From Arcobacteraceae bacterium (lineage in GTDB: Bacteria > Campylobacterota > Campylobacteria > Campylobacterales > Arcobacteraceae), in the NCBI GenBank assembly GCA_965224485.1, contig CBDCZH010000001.1, positions 45,907-109,906 of the forward strand: 64,000 bases of DNA, given 5' to 3'. The translations under genes were made by a program, and so were the position numbers. The notes under the pieces were generated by a model. That model was not told the origin of the DNA. It ran no database searches and saw nothing but the letters and a program-made list of their open reading frames with translations. Positions 60,445 to 64,000 of this stretch are shown here, piece by piece (position 1 is the stretch's first letter; the number at the start of each line of letters is the position of its first letter).

Positions 60445-60660
60445 ATGAACCAAAATACAAACTACGATAAGCAACTACCAAAAGGTGTGCTATTTAATTT
60501 AGCACAAATTCAAGACTACAATATTATTAAAATCCCAACAGCAAAAAAACTTATTTATGCAGGAAAACTTGAAGCAATTAAAATTGGTAATAAACTACAT
60601 ATATCAAGAACTGAAATAATTAGATACTTAGAAGATAGAACAGTAAAAATTAATCTTTAA
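60445..60660 (+). CDS. Excisionase-like HTH protein
   Basis: 71 aa; TAKKLIYAGKLEAIKIGNKLHISRTEIIRYL; AAGGAG RBS. Confidence 0.8.
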   Translation: MNQNTNYDKQLPKGVLFNLAQIQDYNIIKIPTAKKLIYAGKLEAIKIGNKLHISRTEIIRYLEDRTVKINL

Positions 60661-60817
60661 CCATAAAGTTCTAATTTAAAAACCTAACTTAAATCTAAAA
60701 ATAAACAAAAATAGTAAGTAAGCCCTTAAAATGGCTATTTATCTAACTGGTCTTAATATTCTAATGTTCAAGAAATGGATATTTAACAATTAATACAAAA
60801 CACTTTAAGGAGTTGAA

Positions 60818-61132
60818 TTGAATAATAAAATAGAAACAAGAATAAAAAATATTGCTAGATATTCAATAGAAGATTTTAGTAAAAATTGTATTTTTATATC
60901 TTTAGATGCTGAAATATTAGAAGAGTGGTTTTATACTGATCTAATACTAAATGAAGATATTAAAGATTTATCAACTATTGAAATATCAATGCTTACTTTT
61001 AAATTCTTACATTCATTAGATTTAGAGAATATAGAAACTATTATTAAAACAATAGAAGATGAAGACAATAAAGAAAAAATCACTAGTTTAAAAAATAAAA
61101 TATTATCTACTATTGAAAAAAGATTAGGTTAA
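60818..61132 (+). CDS. Hypothetical protein
   Basis: TTG start with AAGGAG RBS. Confidence 0.6.
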   Translation: MNNKIETRIKNIARYSIEDFSKNCIFISLDAEILEEWFYTDLILNEDIKDLSTIEISMLTFKFLHSLDLENIETIIKTIEDEDNKEKITSLKNKILSTIEKRLG

Positions 61133-61135
61133 TAA

Positions 61136-62710
61136 TTGATAACTATTTCTATTTCAGACCATACAGGAGATAAAGAAACTACTTTTGGATTTACAAAAGT
61201 AAGTATATCATCACTTCAAGGAGTAAAGAAGATGATGAATACAAAAGCAGTTTCAAACGGATTATTTTTAAATGGACATAGAAATACTAAGAATTTAAAA
61301 GGTATGGGTAATGTTTTATTTATTGATATTGACCAAGAACCTAAGGAAAATGAAAAACCATATTATAAAGAAATTGAAGATATCTTAAAAAATAATGATA
61401 TATCTTTTGTAAGCGTACCATCTAAATCTGCAAATAAGTACACTTATAAAAGACATATTGCAATTATCCTAAGTAATTACCTACCTACTGAAAAAGAAGC
61501 ATATTTAAGAATTACAAATAAAATATTAATTGATTTAACTATTGATATTGAAAAGCTTGATAAAAATGTTTCTCATAATCTTATATCTTTTTTAGCACCT
61601 TGTTGCATTACTGAAGAATTTACTAATTATGATGAAGTATCTACTGTTTACAATGCTAAACCTTTTGAAATAGAAGCACAGAAAAAAGAAGATAAACTAA
61701 TATTTAAAAATGTAATAGATTTTGATACTAAAATAGATTTTGCAAGTGGTGAAACAAATACAATACTAAATGCAATAAGACTAATTGAAAAAGGAACTTC
61801 AAAATATTGTTATTGTCCTATACATGATGATAAAAAAGCAAGTGCAACTTTTTATCATAATCAAAATGGAACAGTATATATAAAATGTGGAGTATGTGGA
61901 ACTATTGTAGTAAAAAGAATAGAACAATTAAAAGAGCCATTAATATCTCATCACTTATATAATTATTCTATTGTAGTTCATTCTAGCCAAGAGAAAGCAA
62001 TAATAAATATATTAGGTAATAAGTATCACAAGCAAGAAAACTTTTTAATATGGAGTTTTAAAGTTAATGATATGAATGATATTTATAATTTAATGATTTT
62101 AAAAATCCAATTAGTAAAAGATGGATTTATTCTAAATAATGAAAAACAATTTATATCTAGAGAATATACAAGTCTTGTAGCTTTTACTTATTATATTTCT
62201 AATACCAAAATACCTAATGTTTATGTAAATGAATCTGTATCTAGTTCAAAAGAATATACTATGTTCAGATATTCATATACATTTATTTTTAATAATAATC
62301 TATTTGTAGAATCAATTATATATGCAACATATCAAAGTTATCTAGTAGATGAAGATTTTGAAAAAGAATGTAATTATGGATTGTCTTATTTTGACTATAT
62401 TATTAATGAAATGGAAAAGCAAAAAGATTTTAAACACAAAGATAAAAGATTTAAATTTAGAAAGAATAAAAAAGCTATTAAAGAATCTTATGAAGAAAGA
62501 AATATAAATAAAACTTCCACAATTGAGAATAAACAAAGCTTAAAAGTAAAAGAAATACTTAAAGAAATAAAGACCAATAAATATTGGAAATCAAATAATA
62601 ATCTTAATAAATCAGAATTAGGAAAAAAAATAAAAGTTTCACGACCTAGCTTATATAAATATTTAACTGATAAAAAAATACTTGAATACTTAAAAAGTGT
62701 AAAAAAATAA
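61136..62710 (+). CDS. Putative primase/replication protein (AEP-like N-terminus, CHC2-type zinc finger, C-terminal HTH)
   Basis: LFIDID and SKS..KRHIAI; CPIHDDKKASA..CGVCG; KSELGKKIKVSRPSLYKYL. Confidence 0.6.
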   Translation: MITISISDHTGDKETTFGFTKVSISSLQGVKKMMNTKAVSNGLFLNGHRNTKNLKGMGNVLFIDIDQEPKENEKPYYKEIEDILKNNDISFVSVPSKSANKYTYKRHIAIILSNYLPTEKEAYLRITNKILIDLTIDIEKLDKNVSHNLISFLAPCCITEEFTNYDEVSTVYNAKPFEIEAQKKEDKLIFKNVIDFDTKIDFASGETNTILNAIRLIEKGTSKYCYCPIHDDKKASATFYHNQNGTVYIKCGVCGTIVVKRIEQLKEPLISHHLYNYSIVVHSSQEKAIINILGNKYHKQENFLIWSFKVNDMNDIYNLMILKIQLVKDGFILNNEKQFISREYTSLVAFTYYISNTKIPNVYVNESVSSSKEYTMFRYSYTFIFNNNLFVESIIYATYQSYLVDEDFEKECNYGLSYFDYIINEMEKQKDFKHKDKRFKFRKNKKAIKESYEERNINKTSTIENKQSLKVKEILKEIKTNKYWKSNNNLNKSELGKKIKVSRPSLYKYLTDKKILEYLKSVKK

Positions 62711-62991
62711 TTTTAGAAATGTAAAAACAATGAGAGTACGACCTTTTAAGGGTTATTACATAGGTATTACAGAAGATGAGAAGTGTAAAAATAATGATAG
62801 TATAGAATGTATATATAAATATATTATCTTATCTTTTTTTGAAGTAAAGAAAAATTAATATTTTTATTAAATAATGAACTTAAAAATAATATTATATGTA
62901 GTATAATTTTTTAAACATTTATTAGTAGTTAAAACATAATTATTATACTAAGTAAAATAACAATGTATAAAGTTGAATTTGAGAGGGAACT

Positions 62992-63405
62992 ATGGGAAGA
63001 GGATTTAATGCACTTAAACAAATTGCAAAAGAAATTGATAGACAACATTCTCGTTCTATCAAAGAGAGAAATCGTAACGAATCTTTAGAAAATAAAAGAA
63101 TACTAGCCAATTTAAGAAATGAAGAAAAAGAGATTAATTTAGAAATACGAAGAAAAGAAAAAGAGTATAAAGAACAAGCGAATAAAGAAAAAGCAGAAGA
63201 AAAGCAAAAGATTCTTGATGAAAGAATGAGAACAAAAGAAGAATTAAATAAAAATATAGAAGATATAAAGAGAACAAAAGAAGAATTGAAACTAAAAAAA
63301 GAACAAAGAAAAAAGAATTTAATTTTAGAAAAACATATTTATGAATTTCGTATAAAGAACAGAAAAAAACTATGTACTGGAATGATAGAAATATTAATTA
63401 AATAA
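62992..63405 (+). CDS. Charged coiled-coil hypothetical protein
   Basis: GAGGG RBS; MGRGFNALKQIAKEIDRQ followed by an E/K/R-rich helix. Confidence 0.6.
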   Translation: MGRGFNALKQIAKEIDRQHSRSIKERNRNESLENKRILANLRNEEKEINLEIRRKEKEYKEQANKEKAEEKQKILDERMRTKEELNKNIEDIKRTKEELKLKKEQRKKNLILEKHIYEFRIKNRKKLCTGMIEILIK

Positions 63406-63417
63406 AGGATATAAAAA

Positions 63418-64000
63418 ATGGAAATTACAGTTATAGGTTTAATCTTATTATCTATTCTTCTTTTAATACTATTAGTTAAAAGTGTTAAAAAAAATAATAC
63501 AAAAATGGAAGATTCTTTATCTTTGAATGAGAAAGTTGATAGCCTTAAAAAAGAAATAGATTTAAAGGATATTGAATTATCTAAAAAGAATGATGAAATA
63601 ATTAAAAAAGATAATAATATTAGTGAGATAAAAATTTTATTATCTGATAAGAAAAAAGAATTAGAACGTACTAAAAATGAAGTAAGAGAATACAATGTTA
63701 GATTAGAAGATAAAAAAAGAGAAATAAAAGATTTAATAAAACTTGAAAAAGAATCTAAGAATATTGAAAAAAAAGTTATTACATTAAATAAAGAGATTGA
63801 ATCATTAAATGATAAGATTTCTTTATGTAAAGAAGAACATAATAAAAAGAAATATCAATTAAAAGTTTTAGAATCAGAATTATCTTTATATTCAGATACA
63901 AAATTTTTTGTTGATATTGGTTTTTTTGAAGAACCTAAATATTTATATGAAACTAGTGAAAGATATAAATTAGAGATTAAGAAAATAAGAGATAAACAAA
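63418..64000 (+). CDS. N-terminal part of a DUF4041-like protein (TM plus coiled coil), truncated by the window end
   Basis: AAGGA RBS; MEITVIGLILLSILLLILLV, long coiled coil, DIGFFEEPKYLYETSERYKLEIKKIRDKQ; open to 64000. Confidence 0.6.
   Translation, partial: MEITVIGLILLSILLLILLVKSVKKNNTKMEDSLSLNEKVDSLKKEIDLKDIELSKKNDEIIKKDNNISEIKILLSDKKKELERTKNEVREYNVRLEDKKREIKDLIKLEKESKNIEKKVITLNKEIESLNDKISLCKEEHNKKKYQLKVLESELSLYSDTKFFVDIGFFEEPKYLYETSERYKLEIKKIRDKQ

Larger units (their letters stand above)
58184..64000 (+). mobile_element. Left part of an integrative element (satellite/IME-like); continues beyond the window
   Basis: Integrase, Xis-like HTH, primase/Rep-like gene and cargo all on +, starting right after a core gene; repeats upstream of int. 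Confidence 0.8.

Noticed and set aside
1397..63695. Short antisense or overlapping track ORFs (e.g. 1397-1627, 25344-25664, 35163-35480, 46147-46479, 54726-55025, 63339-63695)
   Set aside because: Shadows of well-supported genes, with no motifs or RBS
1..64000. tRNA, rRNA or IS transposase genes
   Set aside because: No GC-rich cloverleaf or rRNA-like tract and no transposase ORF seen by eye; tRNAscan-SE and ISEScan would confirm

Overview
AT-rich chromosomal window. Gene content and order (oorDABC; murJ...msbA-pyrD-M16 peptidase-dapA-SDR-pgsA-rseP; rrc/perR; ftsY-tlpA; rny) point to Campylobacterota, most likely Arcobacteraceae; this is inference. Most of it is housekeeping: a tctCBA transporter, an RND pump, trpF/trpC, radA, ybeY and rsmD. 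Three accessory blocks stand out. (1) 18.3-24.6 kb is a toxin-antitoxin/defence patch: DinJ-YafQ, an orphan FicA-like peptide, decayed YhcG and DUF3800 genes, a MazG plus GIY-YIG/DUF2075 helicase pair, radC, and two PemK/MazF toxins with no protein antitoxin. (2) 34.3-39.9 kb is an A2-type heme-copper oxidase operon with a dihaem subunit II, in Desulfovibrio-like order. (3) From about 58.2 kb to the end is a tyrosine-integrase element with Xis-like, primase/Rep-like and DUF4041-like genes. The best candidate for an undescribed system is the MazF pair. Each solo toxin has at its 3' end a near-consensus convergent sigma70 promoter driving a short two-hairpin RNA, and the stems co-vary between the two copies. 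This suggests a MazF toxin controlled by an RNA antitoxin. Two families of non-coding repeats (long palindromes and inverted short-tandem-repeat arms) sit at gene 3' ends and contain their stop codons. Several single-base indels in homopolymers may be sequencing errors. All family names come from motif recognition, not database searches.
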